From contig OZ024757.1 of the NCBI GenBank assembly GCA_964016885.1, forward strand, positions 30,442,001-30,506,000: 64,000 nucleotides of DNA, in the 5' to 3' direction. Every line of letters starts with the position of its first letter. Within the stretch, counting starts at the first letter, position 1. Of this stretch, positions 12,430 through 25,735 are shown piece by piece. The notes under the pieces were generated by a model that was not told the DNA's origin, searched no databases, and worked only from the letters and a program-made list of their open reading frames with translations. The position numbers and the translations under genes were made by a program. Source of the stretch: Eledone cirrhosa. Taxonomy: Eukaryota.

Positions 12430-13240
12430 ACCTGCAAAATCAGTGAGGTAATTATGTGATGGGGTCGTACCCAATGACTGGTGTAGCAATATAATCATTA
12501 ATTGTTACAAGGGAAAAGCTATTATGCTAGAAAGGAACAATTACTGGAAACCCCCTAAAAAAATTCAAACTGATGGACAAGATTATGAAAGTGATAGAAA
12601 GAGAGAGTTTTAGCACAAATAATTAGGGGGTCTAGAAAGACAAATACTAGAAAAATTCCTAGCTAAGTGTAAGCTTCTATATGTAGCTTTTGTTGATCTA
12701 GAGAAGGCTTTTGCTAGAGTTCCATGATCTGTTCTCTGGTGGTCTGAGAGCAGTGCAAATCATGTACTGTCAGTATAATTAATATGTTTAGTGCAGGTAT
12801 GAATTAATCAAAGCTCAGTCCTCAGTCCCCTTCTATTTATTATAGTGCTCCGGGATTTTAAGTAGAAGAGCTAGAGAAGAAACAATTTGAAATCAAAAGG
12901 GCTCAGAATAATCTGAGCAGAGACAAAGATGTTACTAAATAAAAGGACAGACCTGTGATACATTTACAGAGGCTGGAGAGAAATGGAGCAAGCATGCTTT
13001 GATAGATGTGTAATGTTAATGTGTGTGAATCAAGCAGCATGGATGAATAGGAATTAGATGTAGTGTGTAAGAGAGAAGACTGCACTGGTATGGACATGCA
13101 TTGTGCATTGATGGTGATTCTTGGGTGAAGAAGTCCCCTGTGGAAGGAAGCAGCAGCATTAGATGGGCAGATTTCTGAACACTGTAAATGTGGTTGGTAT
13201 TAGAAAGGCCATCCAGCTGTAGAAACCAGACTCAGCCCCG
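12430..13240 (+). mobile_element. Decayed RTE (BovB-like) LINE fragments just after the ZNF-3 stop (paralog 18510-19290)
   Basis: Degenerate VPNDWCSNIIINCYKGK, IKLMDKIMKVIE, LYVAFVDLEKAF and RLERN...SML motifs. Confidence 0.7.
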
Positions 13241-13631
13241 GATGTGCGAAACACAGTCCTCTGACCCGATTCTCTCTCAAAGGATCAACAGTATGAGTGG
13301 CCGATTACGACTGGTTTGAACAGAAAATAAGTGAGAGAATTATGGCCAGTTTAAATTCTAATTGGTTAATTTATGTTCAGTTCATTTTGTCATTTTTCGG
13401 ACTTGTATTTTTGGTAATTTCATAAATATTCGTTATTAATTTATGTCCACTTTTCCATGCTTGCATGGGTTGGATAAGTCTTTTGCAGTACAGCTTCCAC
13501 CAACTTGTTGCATTCACTATCAAGTCTTAATTACATCATTTTTCCTTCATGAATGTTGTCACTGTAACCACTATAATAAAAAAATTTAGTGTGATATAAT
13601 TTGTTTATACTCATCATTGTCAATGTTTTAA

Positions 13632-13800
13632 CCCTTTAGCATTTACTATTTTCATGGTAAAGACTTTACCTCACATATCGAAACTTTGAGATTTTGAAAA
13701 TATTACCTTAACGTCAGTATGAGTGACCTGTTACGGCCAGTTTGAACAGAAAGAGGTGAGAGAGTTCTGGCTGGATATGGTCGGTTTAAAAGCTAAAGGG
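13632..13800. mobile_element. piggyBac-type MITE
   Basis: TTAA|CCCTTTAGC ... GCTAAAGGG|TTAA. Paralog at 19653-19836. Confidence 0.85.
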
Positions 13801-14449
13801 TTAATGTAAAATCTGAATGTTTGTAGAGTTGTATACATATACAATTTTCTCCGTTTTTTTTTGTCATTTCAACTAAGTTCTGACCTCACCACTCTTTGTG
13901 AATGTTAAATGTAAATAAAGGTGAATTACAATATTATTGTTTCTTATATATGTGGTTAGAATGTCTCAGGAAAGAATTGCTGGACAGATTTTACGGGCAA
14001 AACCAACAGGTAGGAGACCGACGGATAGAGCCCAAGCAAGATGTTTGGATAACATCCATGAGCTTGTCTAGTCTCACTAGATCAGTTGGAGACGGCTGCT
14101 TCTGATATGATCGGCTGAAAGAAGCACTTGAGGATTTTACCTCCACGACACTCCCAGGAATAAATTAGCAAATAAAAACAGACAGGGACACAAATACACA
14201 ACTAATGGAGAAGTATAGTATTATATATATAGAAAAACTATTTAGTTATCAATAAACACTTAACTACCTGCTTCGTGGAGAACGGAAGAATCTAGAAGGA
14301 AGCCATCTTATCTAACACAAACTATCAATATTAGATGTCTATCTAAAAGTTGATATGGAAGTTTTGTATTATTTACATTGTTACACGGGAAATCTGTAGA
14401 GACTAAGAGAATAGAACAATTTATGCAAAAGGAAAAAAAAAATGTAATA

Positions 14450-14947
14450 AGAGTTACCTTCCCCTACATATATAATTGTTTCTCCTTTTTGGCACAAGGC
14501 CAGCAAAGTCTGTATTACTGGTACCTTATTTTATCGACCTCGTAAGGATGAAAGGCAAAATTAACCTCGGCGGGATTTGAACTCAGATCATAAAGGGACA
14601 TAACTATGCTAGAAAGCATGGCTTCTGACATTCTACCGATGCTGCCAATTCCCCTACATTTATAATATACACGCATGTGCAGTCGTTATATTGTTACTTC
14701 CGTCTTCGCAAATTTTATATTTTGCTGTTATTTTTATAACTACTAGACACAAAATTATCCTTTATAAAACATCTCTTAACTTCCAGACACAACAGTATCT
14801 TTTATAAAACATCTCTTAACTACCAGACAACATTATCTTTCATCGAACACCTCCCAACACCAATATCTCGTTTGTAAAGCTAAAACAATATCCTTTACAA
14901 AACATTTCTCAACTACCAAAGACGAATGTAAAAATATTTACGTAAGT
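14450..14947 (+). promoter_or_regulatory. Putative promoter and first exon of ZNF-4, interrupted by a SINE
   Basis: Paralogous to 6376-6690, donor GTAAGT at 14942. SINE 14475-14648 is flanked by a TTCCCCTACAT(A/T)TATAAT duplication. Confidence 0.6.
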
Positions 14948-17443
14948 ATCATACAGCTTCGTCGTCCCATTTTTTTTTCTTATATACTTTCATTATTGCA
15001 AATATAAAACATATAGTTATTATCGGAGATTCAGCGTCTGACTTTTTGACAGACATCAATATTCTATTGTCCAGCACATTGTCTAAAATAACGATTTCTG
15101 ATTTAGGCAGAAGGCCAACAATTTTGTGGGGGAGGGGAGAGTCAATTAAATTAACCTCAGTGTGTAACTGGTACTTTATTTTATCGACCCCGTTAGAATG
15201 AAAGGCAAAGCTCACCTTGGCGGGATGTGAACTTAAAACGTAAATGTCGTTAACAATTTTAAGCTGCAAAGCATTTTGTCCGACGCTCTACTTATTACTG
15301 CCAATCCACCGCCCTGAAATAACGAAGGTTAAACATATTGAAACAATAAGACAAATGAACCAGCTTAATGTAGATAATCCTCTAAAACTAACCATTTATA
15401 ATTGTAATTGTTCTGCTTATATCAATGAACGCTAAATGTTAGAATGGTAAGCGTTTCTATATTTTGTCGAATATATAGAACGCCAGATGGAATGCTTTGG
15501 GGTATTTGTTGCGGCTCTCTGTGCTCAGAGTTCAGAACTCGCCGAGGCCAGCTTCACTTTTTATCCTTTCCGGATCGTTAAAAATAAAGTAAGGGGCTAT
15601 GTAGGCGTTAACAGTGTCAGAAACCATTAGTTGTGGCCCGAGTTAAGACAATTTGAAATCTTTTCTACCATCAATTGTTAAAAAAACTATTTATATTCGT
15701 TTAGTCACCCATTCGTAATGTACGCTGCGTTTTAGCTACACATCTACATGTAAATACATAAACAGGTACAGACAACAGAAGGAAAGAGCTAGTGAAACGC
15801 TATAGCAACGTGTGTTGCGTCCCTTTAGTGCTTACGGCTACATAGCCTATTCATATTTACTCAAAATCTGCGCTCGTTGATAAAAACTCGTCGAGCTCAA
15901 CTTCGCCTTTTATCTTTAAACAAAAATTGCCATTCCAATACTGTGGTTGAATCTTTTCTTTCTCTTTCGCTCAAAGAAATATATGTTCAGACCTATTGAC
16001 GTCCACCTTTTGTTACTGCTCCACACACACACATCATCATACGTCTGCTTTTCCCTGTTTGCAAGGGTGGGACGGTTCCTCATTATCACAGCATCTCTGC
16101 ATTTATCACGGTGCTTCAACGATCTGAGGTTAGCTCTCACCACCACCACTTATGTCTTCTGTGGTCTTCCTTCCACTGGGATCATCTGGCACTTCTTCAC
16201 CCAGTAGTCATCACCTATATGTATCACATGGCCATACCAACGAGCATGAATAAAAGGTTACATACATAGACCATCATCATCATTTAACGTCTGCTTTTTC
16301 TGCCTGCAAGGGTTGAATGGGCCTAGAAAGTGCAAGTTAGTACTGAAGCAGTGTTACTGACCTCAAACAGGCCGAGAGATTTGCATCTTGCTTGCGTATA
16401 GTCATACGTTCTATTAAGTGCACAGGAGAAGTTCTCTTTTGACACAAACTGAAGGGTCATATATACATATATATGCACAGGTTCAAGCAACATTTAGTGA
16501 TCTTTAATATTCATCACTCCTCATTCCATATTGCTCCTATCTCTTAATCACTCCATACTAGCTAAGTACCCCATCCTCGGCACACCCCTCAAATCCCCAC
16601 ACCTAGTCCACATTGTAAATGTGGTTGGAGTTACGAAGGGCTTCCAGTTCTTTCTACATCTGGATGCCCTTCCTATTACCAACTACTTTACTGCAAGGAC
16701 TGGGTGCATTATGCCACCAGCACTAGTGAAGTTGTCTTACTGGATTTGAGAGCTCTCTCCACCCTATATCAGTTTTTATTTGGAGTATCTACTCTCCTAG
16801 AGAGGTTGTGTTCACTACTGCATATGGAGTTCACACATTTATTTTTAATCAGTCACTGCCCTCTTAGATGGGTTACCTTCACTGCAGTTTACAGAGTCCA
16901 TGTCTGCTCCATGCAGTCATTTGTAATCGTAGTCACTGCTCTCCGATATAGAAATATAGTACAATGTCCACCATTTTCCCTAGTTTCTAAATAGCTTATG
17001 TTTCTCTCTTATTTCAGAGAATAATATTTTACATCAGATGCCATCATATGTCTTAAAGACTAAAGCAAAATGTTATACAGAACATATATAACCCTGTTTA
17101 TATAAACCTGTAGTGGAATTACTGTGAAATATTTCTTCTGGTAACATTAGCAACATCCCTCTCCTTCACTATCTGGATTAATTACAAGGTGATTTTAGAT
17201 TTTGATTAAACTTGGCAGATTTTCAAAGGATTATGCAACATCTTCAGGAATTTACAAGATTCACAGTTAGTTGATGGACATACTGCAGTGAAAATATTTA
17301 CATTGACACAAGAATATCATCATCATATGTGTGCTTTTCCCTGCTTTCAATAAAATGAAAAGTATCCATATATTATGGTGAGAAAGGAAAAATAAAGCTG
17401 AATTGTGTGAGAAACTTAAAGAAGTTAAATTATTTCTGAAAAA

Positions 17444-18385
17444 ATGTCTAAAGTGGTAGAAGAATCCACATATCATTGTGATATCTGTGATAAATCTTTC
17501 TCTCAGAGAAATACCTTAAATAGACACAAATGTGTCCCTACAGGTGAGAAACCATATAGCTGTGAAATCTGTAGCAAGACATTCTCGAGGACAACAACCT
17601 TAAATAAACACAGACGTATTCATACAGGAGAGAAGGCATATCATTGTGATAACTGTGGCAAATCATTCTATGGAAGCAATGACTTAACTAAACACAAGCG
17701 TATTCACACAGGAGAAAATGCACATTCCTGTGATATCTGTGGTAGAACATTTGCTGTAAAACACCACTTAACTAAACACACACGCATTCATACAGGGGAA
17801 AAGCCATACCATTGTGATGTTTGTGGTAGTTCATTTTCTGAAAAGAGTACTTTAACCAAGCACAAACACATTCATACAGGAGAGAGGCCATATCTATGTG
17901 ATATATGTGGCAATTCATTTTCTCGAAATACTGAGTTAACTATCCACAAACGCATCCATACAGGAGAGAAACCATATCATTGTGAAGTCTGCGGTAAATC
18001 ATACTCTGCAAATACTAACCTTACTAAACACAAACGCATTCATACAGGAGAGACACCATATCACTGTGATATCTGTGATAAATCATTTACTGGAAGTAGT
18101 ATTTTAACTAAACACAAGCGTGTTCATACAGGGGAAAAGCCATATCATTGTGACATCTGTGATAAATCATTCTCTGGAAGCGGTGACTTAACTACTCACA
18201 AACGTATTCATACAGGAGAGAAACCGTATCAATGTGATATTTGTAGTAAAGCATTCTCTCGAAATGACGAGTTAACCACACACATACGCATACATACAGG
18301 AGAGAAACCCTATCAATGCAATATCTGTGGTAAAGCGTTTTCTATTAGTAGTAACTTGACTAAGCACAAATGCATTCATACATGA
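17444..18385 (+). CDS. Tandem C2H2 zinc-finger protein (ZNF-4): 11 fingers, the first lacking its second His; paralog of ZNF-3
   Basis: 313-aa ATG ORF. Acceptor TTATTTCAG ends at 17017. Confidence 0.93.
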   Translation: MSKVVEESTYHCDICDKSFSQRNTLNRHKCVPTGEKPYSCEICSKTFSRTTTLNKHRRIHTGEKAYHCDNCGKSFYGSNDLTKHKRIHTGENAHSCDICGRTFAVKHHLTKHTRIHTGEKPYHCDVCGSSFSEKSTLTKHKHIHTGERPYLCDICGNSFSRNTELTIHKRIHTGEKPYHCEVCGKSYSANTNLTKHKRIHTGETPYHCDICDKSFTGSSILTKHKRVHTGEKPYHCDICDKSFSGSGDLTTHKRIHTGEKPYQCDICSKAFSRNDELTTHIRIHTGEKPYQCNICGKAFSISSNLTKHKCIHT

Positions 18386-20824
18386 GAGGCCACACATTTT
18401 TGTGATATCTGTGGTAAATCATACACACAAAGAAGCCACTTAGCTATACATACAGAACCATAACTATAAATGTCAATTTTTGGAGTGTGGTAAATTGTCA
18501 CCTGCAATTCCTAATCATTAATTGTTACTAGGGAAAAGATGTTATTCTAGAAAGGAGCAATTACTGGACCCCCCTCCCCCCCAAAAAAATGAAACTGATG
18601 GACAAGGTTGTGAAAGTGACAGAGTTTTAGCACAAATAATTAGGGGGTCAAATTAGATGAAATGTAGTTTGGTTTTGTGCTAGGGAGGAGTTACCACAGT
18701 GTAAGCCTCTATATGTAGCTTTTGTTGATCTAGAGAAGGCTTTTGCTGGAGTTCCATGATCTGTTCTCTGGTGGTCTTAAAGAAGCTAGGTATGAAATAA
18801 TGGCTTTTGAGAGCAGTGCAAGTCATGTACTGTCAGTATAGCTAATGTGTTTAGTGCAGGTATGAATTAATCAAAGCTCAGTTCTCAGTCCCTTTCTATT
18901 TATTATATATCTCCAGGCCATAACAAAGGATTTTCAAGAGCTAGAGAAGAAACAATTTGAAATCAAAAAGGCTCAGAATAATCTGAGCAGAGACGAAAGT
19001 TTTACTAAATAAATGGACAGACCTGTGGAGACTGGAGAGAAATGGAGCAAGCATGCTAGATAGATGTGTAATGTTAATGTAGGTGAATTATGCAGCATGG
19101 ATGAATAGGAATTAGATGTAGTGTGTAAGAGAGAAGACTGCACTGGTATGGACATGCATTGATGGTGATTATTGGGTGGAAGGAAGCAGAAGCAGTAGAG
19201 GATGACCTGGGCAGATGTGAAGATTTCTGAACGCACTGTAAATGTGGTTCATATTAGGAAGGCCATCCGGCTGTAGAAACCAAACTCAGCCCCGATTCTC
19301 TCCCAAAGGGTCAACAATACCTTAACAGTATGAGTGGCCGATTACGACTGGTTTGATCAGAAAAAGGTGAATTCTGGCTTGTTTAAATTCTAATTGGTTA
19401 ATTTATGTTCATCAGTTCATTTTCTCATTTTTCTGGTAATTTTATAAATATTCGTTATCAATTTATGTCCACTTTTCCATGCTTGCATGGGTTTGATAAG
19501 TCTTTTGCAGTACAGCTTCCACCAACTTGTTGCATTCACTATCAAGTCTTAATTACATCATTGTTCCTTCATGAATGTTGTCAGTGTAACCATTATAATA
19601 AAAAATTTAGTGTGATATAATTTGTTTATATTCATCATTGTCTATTTTTTAACCCTTTAGCATTTACTATTTTCATGGTAAAGACTTTACCTCACGCATC
19701 GAATCTTTGAGATTTTGATGTTATTTATTTTGAGAATATTACTTTAACGTCAGTATGAGTGACCAGTTACGGCCAGTTTGAACTGAAAGAGGTGAGAGAG
19801 TTCTGGCTGGATACGGTCGGTTTAAAAGCTAAAGAGTTAATGTAAAATCTGAATGTTTGTAGAGTTGTATACATATACAATTTTCTCCGTTTTTTGTCAT
19901 TTCAACTAAGTTCTGACCTCACCACTCTTTGTGAATGTTAAATGTAAATAAAGGTGAATTACAATATTATTGTTTCTTTTTATATGTGGTTAGAATGTCT
20001 CTGGACAGATTTTACGGGCAAAACCAACAGGTAGGAGACCGACGGATAGAGCCCAAGCAAGATGTTTGGATAATATCCATGAGCTTGGCTAGTCTCACTA
20101 GATCAGTTGGAGACGGTTGCTTCTGTTTGTATAGATGTTAGAATTGAACAAGACTTTAAACTAATATGTAAAGAAAATGTTGTTAGAGAAATAAGGAGCT
20201 GAGATTATTAAGTTTAATGTCCTGTATCGCTGGAACAACACAAACAAGAAATTCTTGAAAAGTAGAAAACAGCACTATGACTGCATCACATGAAATAGTA
20301 GTTTGTACTTTAGTTTATTGCAAATGCTCACAACATTCTGTAAATATTCTTGTAAATATATAAACATTTTAATAAACTCCGTTTTTAAACAATTTCTAGT
20401 AAAATAACGGTTTCTACATTTGGCTCAATGCCAGCAATTACTGGTACTTTATTTTATCGACCTCGTAAGGATGAAAGGAAAAGTTGACCTCGGTGGGATT
20501 TGATCTCAGACTAATTCTATGCTGCAAAGCATGACGTCCGACCTTCTGCCGATACTGCCAATCCACCACCCTCTAGTAAAATAATTGTTTTTACTTTTGG
20601 CACAAAGCTAGCAATTATCTCATTACTGGTACTTTACTTTATTTTATCGACCCGTAAGGATGACAGGCAAAGTGAACCTTAGTGGGATTTGAACTCAGAC
20701 TATAATGGGGCGTAACTCTATACGTCCGACCTTCTGATACTGCCAATCGCCCAGTAAAATCATCACATGATGTTACGAGTTAGCATAAAAACAAGTAACC
20801 TATAAAGTTTAGTTACATTTAAAA

Positions 20825-21385
20825 CTCAAGTTCTCCCTGCTTTCAACCACCTGGAAAATCTATTACGAGAATCGTTTTCTCATACATATTGTAAAGCCCT
20901 ATTTGATTCCACTCAAAGTAGTAACCATAGACAGGGTTTAAGTGCCATGAGCCGGAACACATTTACTAATTCACCGCCGATACGCATGCGCTGTAGCGTT
21001 GCTTCGCTTCCATGTTAATAGTTTGGCTCTCGTTCCAAAACTTACCGAAAGACGGCAAAATCTTTTATATGCGACAATATCTTTTTAAAAACTTCTCTCA
21101 GCTTCCAGACGCAGTTATATCAACGATATCATTTGTAAAACATTTCACAACTAAGTTCATTTCCGCGAACGCAAAACTTTGGACACGTCGTCAGTTTTGG
21201 TGGGTGTGTTGTTGGGTCTTACAATATACAGCCTCATCCAGGAGGTTGATCAAGCCTCAATTGGTAATTTCTGTTTAGCCACAGCCATCTATGTTTTCTC
21301 TGTTACTCCCCTCAAGGTGGCTCTCGAAATGACCAGGTTTCCGTAGACTTTACTAAGAAGACCACCTGTGAAACACAGAGTAAGT
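20825..21385 (+). promoter_or_regulatory. Orphan ZNF-type promoter/first-exon module
   Basis: AAGTTCTCCCTG, CGCATGCGC (20983), GCTTCC, sequence homologous to the exon-1 minisatellite, and donor GTAAGT at 21380. No ZNF exon follows. Confidence 0.5.
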
Positions 21386-21619
21386 ATTTAAAATGAAAAA
21401 TATTTAATCTTGTATAAATTTAACAACTTTTTCTTCTGAATCAGTAAATACAAATACAATTGATGTAGTTTACGAAAAATAAAAGTTGAATCTTTTTTTA
21501 CGTTGCAAAAAAACCCCTTTACTATTGTATTTTCGCATTAAAGGCTCTGCCTCATATAATATCGAATTTATGAGATTTTCATATTTAGTTTGAGAACAAT
21601 ATCTTAACGTCGGTATGAG

Positions 21620-22210
21620 TTGCCGGTTTAAATTGATTTTAGTGATATGTGGCCATAAAGTTGATGATTTTGAGGTAGGCTGTAACTGGATTGGCACGAT
21701 TCCTCTTTGATATCATAGGTAAAATTTGTGGGATGTCCTCTGATAAAACAACAGTGATTGTTGAGCTGTCAGTTCGTCTTCAATCCTGATTGAAGCTGTT
21801 TGTATGTCAAGGTTTCGCAATTGCCCTTGGTCTTTGATGTCCAAAGCGTCGATGGATGTCACATTATTTAAATATAATTGTGAATACGTTTGATGGTCCG
21901 AGATAGAGATGCCTCTGCAAACATTGCATCACATTGATTGTCATCTTCCAACAGAACTCTTGATAGTTGTTGCAAACAGCGCCATTCAAAGTTCATCAAA
22001 GCCTCTAACTTCATTAAGCAGCATCCTCACTGTCCTGAATGTATTGTGTAAATCCTCCATAGTTTGGGTTTTACTGGTCTTCCTTGTTTATGCTACTTCC
22101 ATTTTCCTTTCTGTTTATCAAAGGTACGGTAGGATGGTAATTGTCTGTGTAATGAATTAATTGTATTCTTTGACGAAAAGAATAATGCCATGATTGTGAT
22201 GTTGACAATG
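21620..22210 (-). mobile_element. Helitron RepHel remnant
   Basis: Frameshifted LPSYRTFDKQKGKWK*HKQG, MLLNEVRG, LLEDDNQCDAMFAEA and QILPMISKRNRAN...SSTLWPHI, matching the Rep-helicase linker and the PIF1 motif III region. Confidence 0.7.
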
Positions 22211-23587
22211 TTTATTTTACAATAACTATGTGATAAAATTTATCACTACATTATTTGCTGGCGATCTACTTCGAGACTAAGTTGTTTCCCTACTCAATCT
22301 AAGTCTTTAGTACATAAGAGGTAGACTAACAGGATGGGAAGACACGGGTAATTGAGGTGGAGAATGATGTAAACCTTTTCCAATCACATGAATCCATGGA
22401 ACTGGTTGGTAACTTTGAAGGACGGTGCTGAGAGAGCATTATAGCTAGAATAAGGATAGGATGGAAGGGGGTTTCTCCCTGCATACAAAAGGACGGCTGT
22501 GATATTGCATGTTAGTGAAATATGGGTAATGCCTGCAGAGGACTTACGTAGACTGGAGAGAAATGTAATATAAAGGCAGAGCTTGGATGAACTGGGTTTA
22601 ACAGGGGTTGCAAGAGAGAAGACTGCATTGTAGAAGTACCATGAAGACTTGGGCAGAGCTGATCTCAAGTCGTGTGTGTATATACTAGCAGCCACCCAGA
22701 CCCATTTTCATTCCTGATTTGGATTTGGAAGACCTGAGAGCTTATCTGAAATCGCTGTGGCAACTGGAGACGTAACCCATGCAAGTGCGGAAAAACGATG
22801 ATGATATGGGTGAATATATATATATGTATGTTGTGGTAGCTGTCCCTCCATACGGCCCACAGTTAGGATGTGTCTGTCTTTTAACATCCCTTATATACAG
22901 TATATTGTGGTAGCTGTCCGTCCATACGACCCACAGTTATATATAAGGGTGGGTCTGTCTTTTAACGTCCCTGATATCTATATATATATGAGAGTTGTTT
23001 GTTGGCTGGTTGAATCACACGAAAACTACACACACACATCTAAAGATGTTATACAGAGAGAGATACAATTAAAGTGTTAGATATTCAGATAGAGAGTAAT
23101 GTCATACGAGAGTCTAGCAACGGCTTAAACTATAGATCCTTTGATCTATAGGAATATTAAACAATATTGCGTTAGCTTTTATAAATTCGTTTTACAGAAC
23201 AAAGAAAAATAGATACTATTTGAAATTAATTTACCCTCCAGACCTGATCTCAAGTCGTGTGTATATACTAGCAGCCACCCAGAACCCCTTTAATTCCTGA
23301 TTTGGCTTCTCTCTGGAAGACTTGAGAGCTTATCTCATATCGTTGGAGGCGTGACCCATACATCTAATATAAGGATGTGTCTGTCTTTTAACGTCCCTGA
23401 TATACAATATATGTTGGGTCTGTCTCTCGCCCCATACGTCCCACAGTAACAGCTTATAAAAGGTTAACATACCAAGAATTGGGGTCATGTGTCAATGGCA
23501 CACTTTACCCTCCCCTCCCTCCCCCCTTAAACCTGGAGTCCATCAAGGTACGTATAACTCACATTTGTATCTATATTTTTATTATTC

Positions 23588-24185
23588 GTTGATAAAATAA
23601 TATATGTAAACTGCAGAAATGGAAGTAATTCAGGTGTAAATATATTTGTTAATGTGTTGCTGGTCATATATGTGTATTGTTACGGGGTGTAGTTATGGTT
23701 GTCAATCGAAAACTGATGGGGACTGTCTTGTGAATCATTGGGTGACTGTACATATGTCAGTCCCTGCGTCCTTCCAGAATTGAGAACACCCAAGTTAAAT
23801 GTCCTTTCTTGCTTGTAAGATCTTCTATGTGGCCAAAGGCATGTACATCCAAAAAATGGTGAAAAGACATGTCTAATCTTCTATGGCTATCACTGGACTG
23901 TAACTAAAGATGGCTACCCTCTCGCTGGAGGGTAAACAAAGCGGTTTAAAGACATGCCTAACTTCCGTCTCTATCGTAAGATCTTGTAGACATCAAAGGA
24001 TCCTCAATTGTAGAACGGGGTCACCATCGAACTTCGATAAACCCCCATAATTAAACTCCGTTGGCAGACATCGAAAACCCCGTCTTCGCAACACCACCAA
24101 TGCATTAATAATTGTCTTATTAAAAAAATATTTGAATCCAGAATTACTTCCCTTTGTTCCGTTTGCATATATTATTTTTTTTTGT
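23588..24185. repeat. Unidentified cassette flanked by about 45-bp imperfect inverted repeats (copy 1)
   Basis: Left AAAATAATATATGTAAAC...GGAAGTAATTCAGG; right CCAGAATTACTTCC...GTTTGCATATATTATTTT. Copy 2 at 25857-26596, partial copy at 24815-25050. Confidence 0.7.
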
Positions 24186-24254
24186 ATATATATACTGTTT
24201 AGAAAGAGGTTAATTTGCATATCTAATATGCAAATGAGAGTAAATTTCTATTTA

Positions 24255-24810
24255 TACTTAGAGGTTAATTACATTTTTGGAAGACAGTTGAATTCGAACC
24301 TTCTTAACTTAGATTCTTAGAACCTTGAAGGAGACAGTTGGATTAGAACCTGAGAAATTCTTTCTTAACTTACATTCTTTTGAAGGTTACTTACATTCTT
24401 GGAAGACAGTTGGATTAGAACCTTTAGATACTTCTTATTACATTCTAAACTTGACCCTTAGATTCTAACCCTTGATACTTCCTACTACATTCTTGACTTA
24501 GATTCGAACCTTTGATACTTTCTTTACATTCTTAGAACCCACGATGGTTACTACATTCTTGGAAGACAGTTGGATTCGAACCTGAGATACTTTCTTTACA
24601 TACTTGAAGGTTCTTATTACATTTTTGTTACTTAGAACCCTTGATGGTTAATTAGATTCTTAGACGACTGTTGGATTCGAACCCTCAATGATACTTTCTA
24701 CATTGTTGACATTTTTTATTGATACTTACTTTTATTCCCTTGGTGGTACCTACTATTAGATTCGGGGCGACTGTTAGATTCGAACCCCTGATGGTTCTTT
24801 CTTTAAATTC
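24255..24810. repeat. Degenerate tandem array with repeated GGAAGACAGTTGGATTCGAACC
   Basis: Multiple irregular units; related arrays at 25060-25180 and 27015-27760. Confidence 0.85.
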
Positions 24811-25184
24811 CTTTCCTGAAAGACATGTCTAACTTGCGTCTCTATCGCAACATCTTGAATTGTAGAAAGGGTCACCATCGAACTTCGATAAACCCCCATA
24901 ATTAAACTCCCTAAACAATCCGTTGGCAGACATCGAAAACCCCGTCTTCACAGCACAAACAATGCATTAATAATTGTCTTATGAAAAAAATATTTGTATC
25001 CAGAATTACTTCCCTTGGTACCGTTTGCATATATTAATTTTTTTTTAATCAACATTTTTTATACTTAGAACCCCTGATGGTTAATTAGATTCTTGGAAGA
25101 CAGTTGAATTCGAACCTTAGATACTTGCTTTACATTCTTGATACTTAGAACCCTTGATGGTTACTACATTCTTAGACAACCCAC

Positions 25185-25735
25185 AATTACATCTAATATA
25201 AGGATGCGTCTGTCTTTTAACGTCCTAGATATACTACATTGCGGTAATTACATCTAATATAATGTTGTGTCTGTCTTTTAACGTCCCTGTTATACAGTAT
25301 ATTGTAATAGCTACCCCTCCATACGGTCTATAGTTATAACTCTAGATGGGTCTGTCTTTTAACACCTGATATACAGTATATTGTGGTAGCTGTCCCTTCT
25401 GTTATAAAGGTGTGTTTGTCTTTTAAAGTCTCAGATATAGAGTATATTGCGGTAGCTGTCCCTCCATACATCAGCTGTTACATGTAATATAAGGTCTGTT
25501 TGTCTCTCTCTTTTAATGTCCCTCATAAACAGTGTATTGTGTTAGCTGATCCTCTCTATATCCCACAGTTACATCTATGGGTGGCTCTATCTTTTAACGT
25601 CCCTCTTATACAGTGTTAGCTGTTCCCACAATTACATGTAATATAACAATGGGTTTGTATTTTAATGCCCCTGATATACAGTATATTGTGATAGCTGTCC
25701 CTCCATACGGCAACTTAGGCCTGTCTCTTAACATC
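25185..25735. repeat. Degenerate minisatellite, about 8 units of 60-90 bp (also 22815-22980, 23360-23450)
   Basis: Recurring GTCTGTCTTTTAACGTCCCTGATATACAGTATATTGTGGTAGCTGTCCCTCCATAC. Confidence 0.85.

Larger units (their letters stand above)
13950..20125 (+). repeat. Older tandem segmental duplication of about 5700-14100 (ZNF-3 unit to ZNF-4 unit)
   Basis: Collinear homology of promoter, intron, ZNF exon and 3' flank. The 2-kb maT is present only in the first copy. Confidence 0.92.

Noticed and set aside
18383-18463. A-to-I recoding of linker UGA to UGG to extend ZNF proteins
   Set aside because: Readthrough would add only an incomplete finger here and 5-8 residues at 162 and 1607. Nothing in the DNA sequence supports it.
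22684-23280. Helitron 3' ends at CTAGCAGCCACCC (22685, 23267)
   Set aside because: No clear subterminal hairpin; part of a local duplication of about 120 bp.
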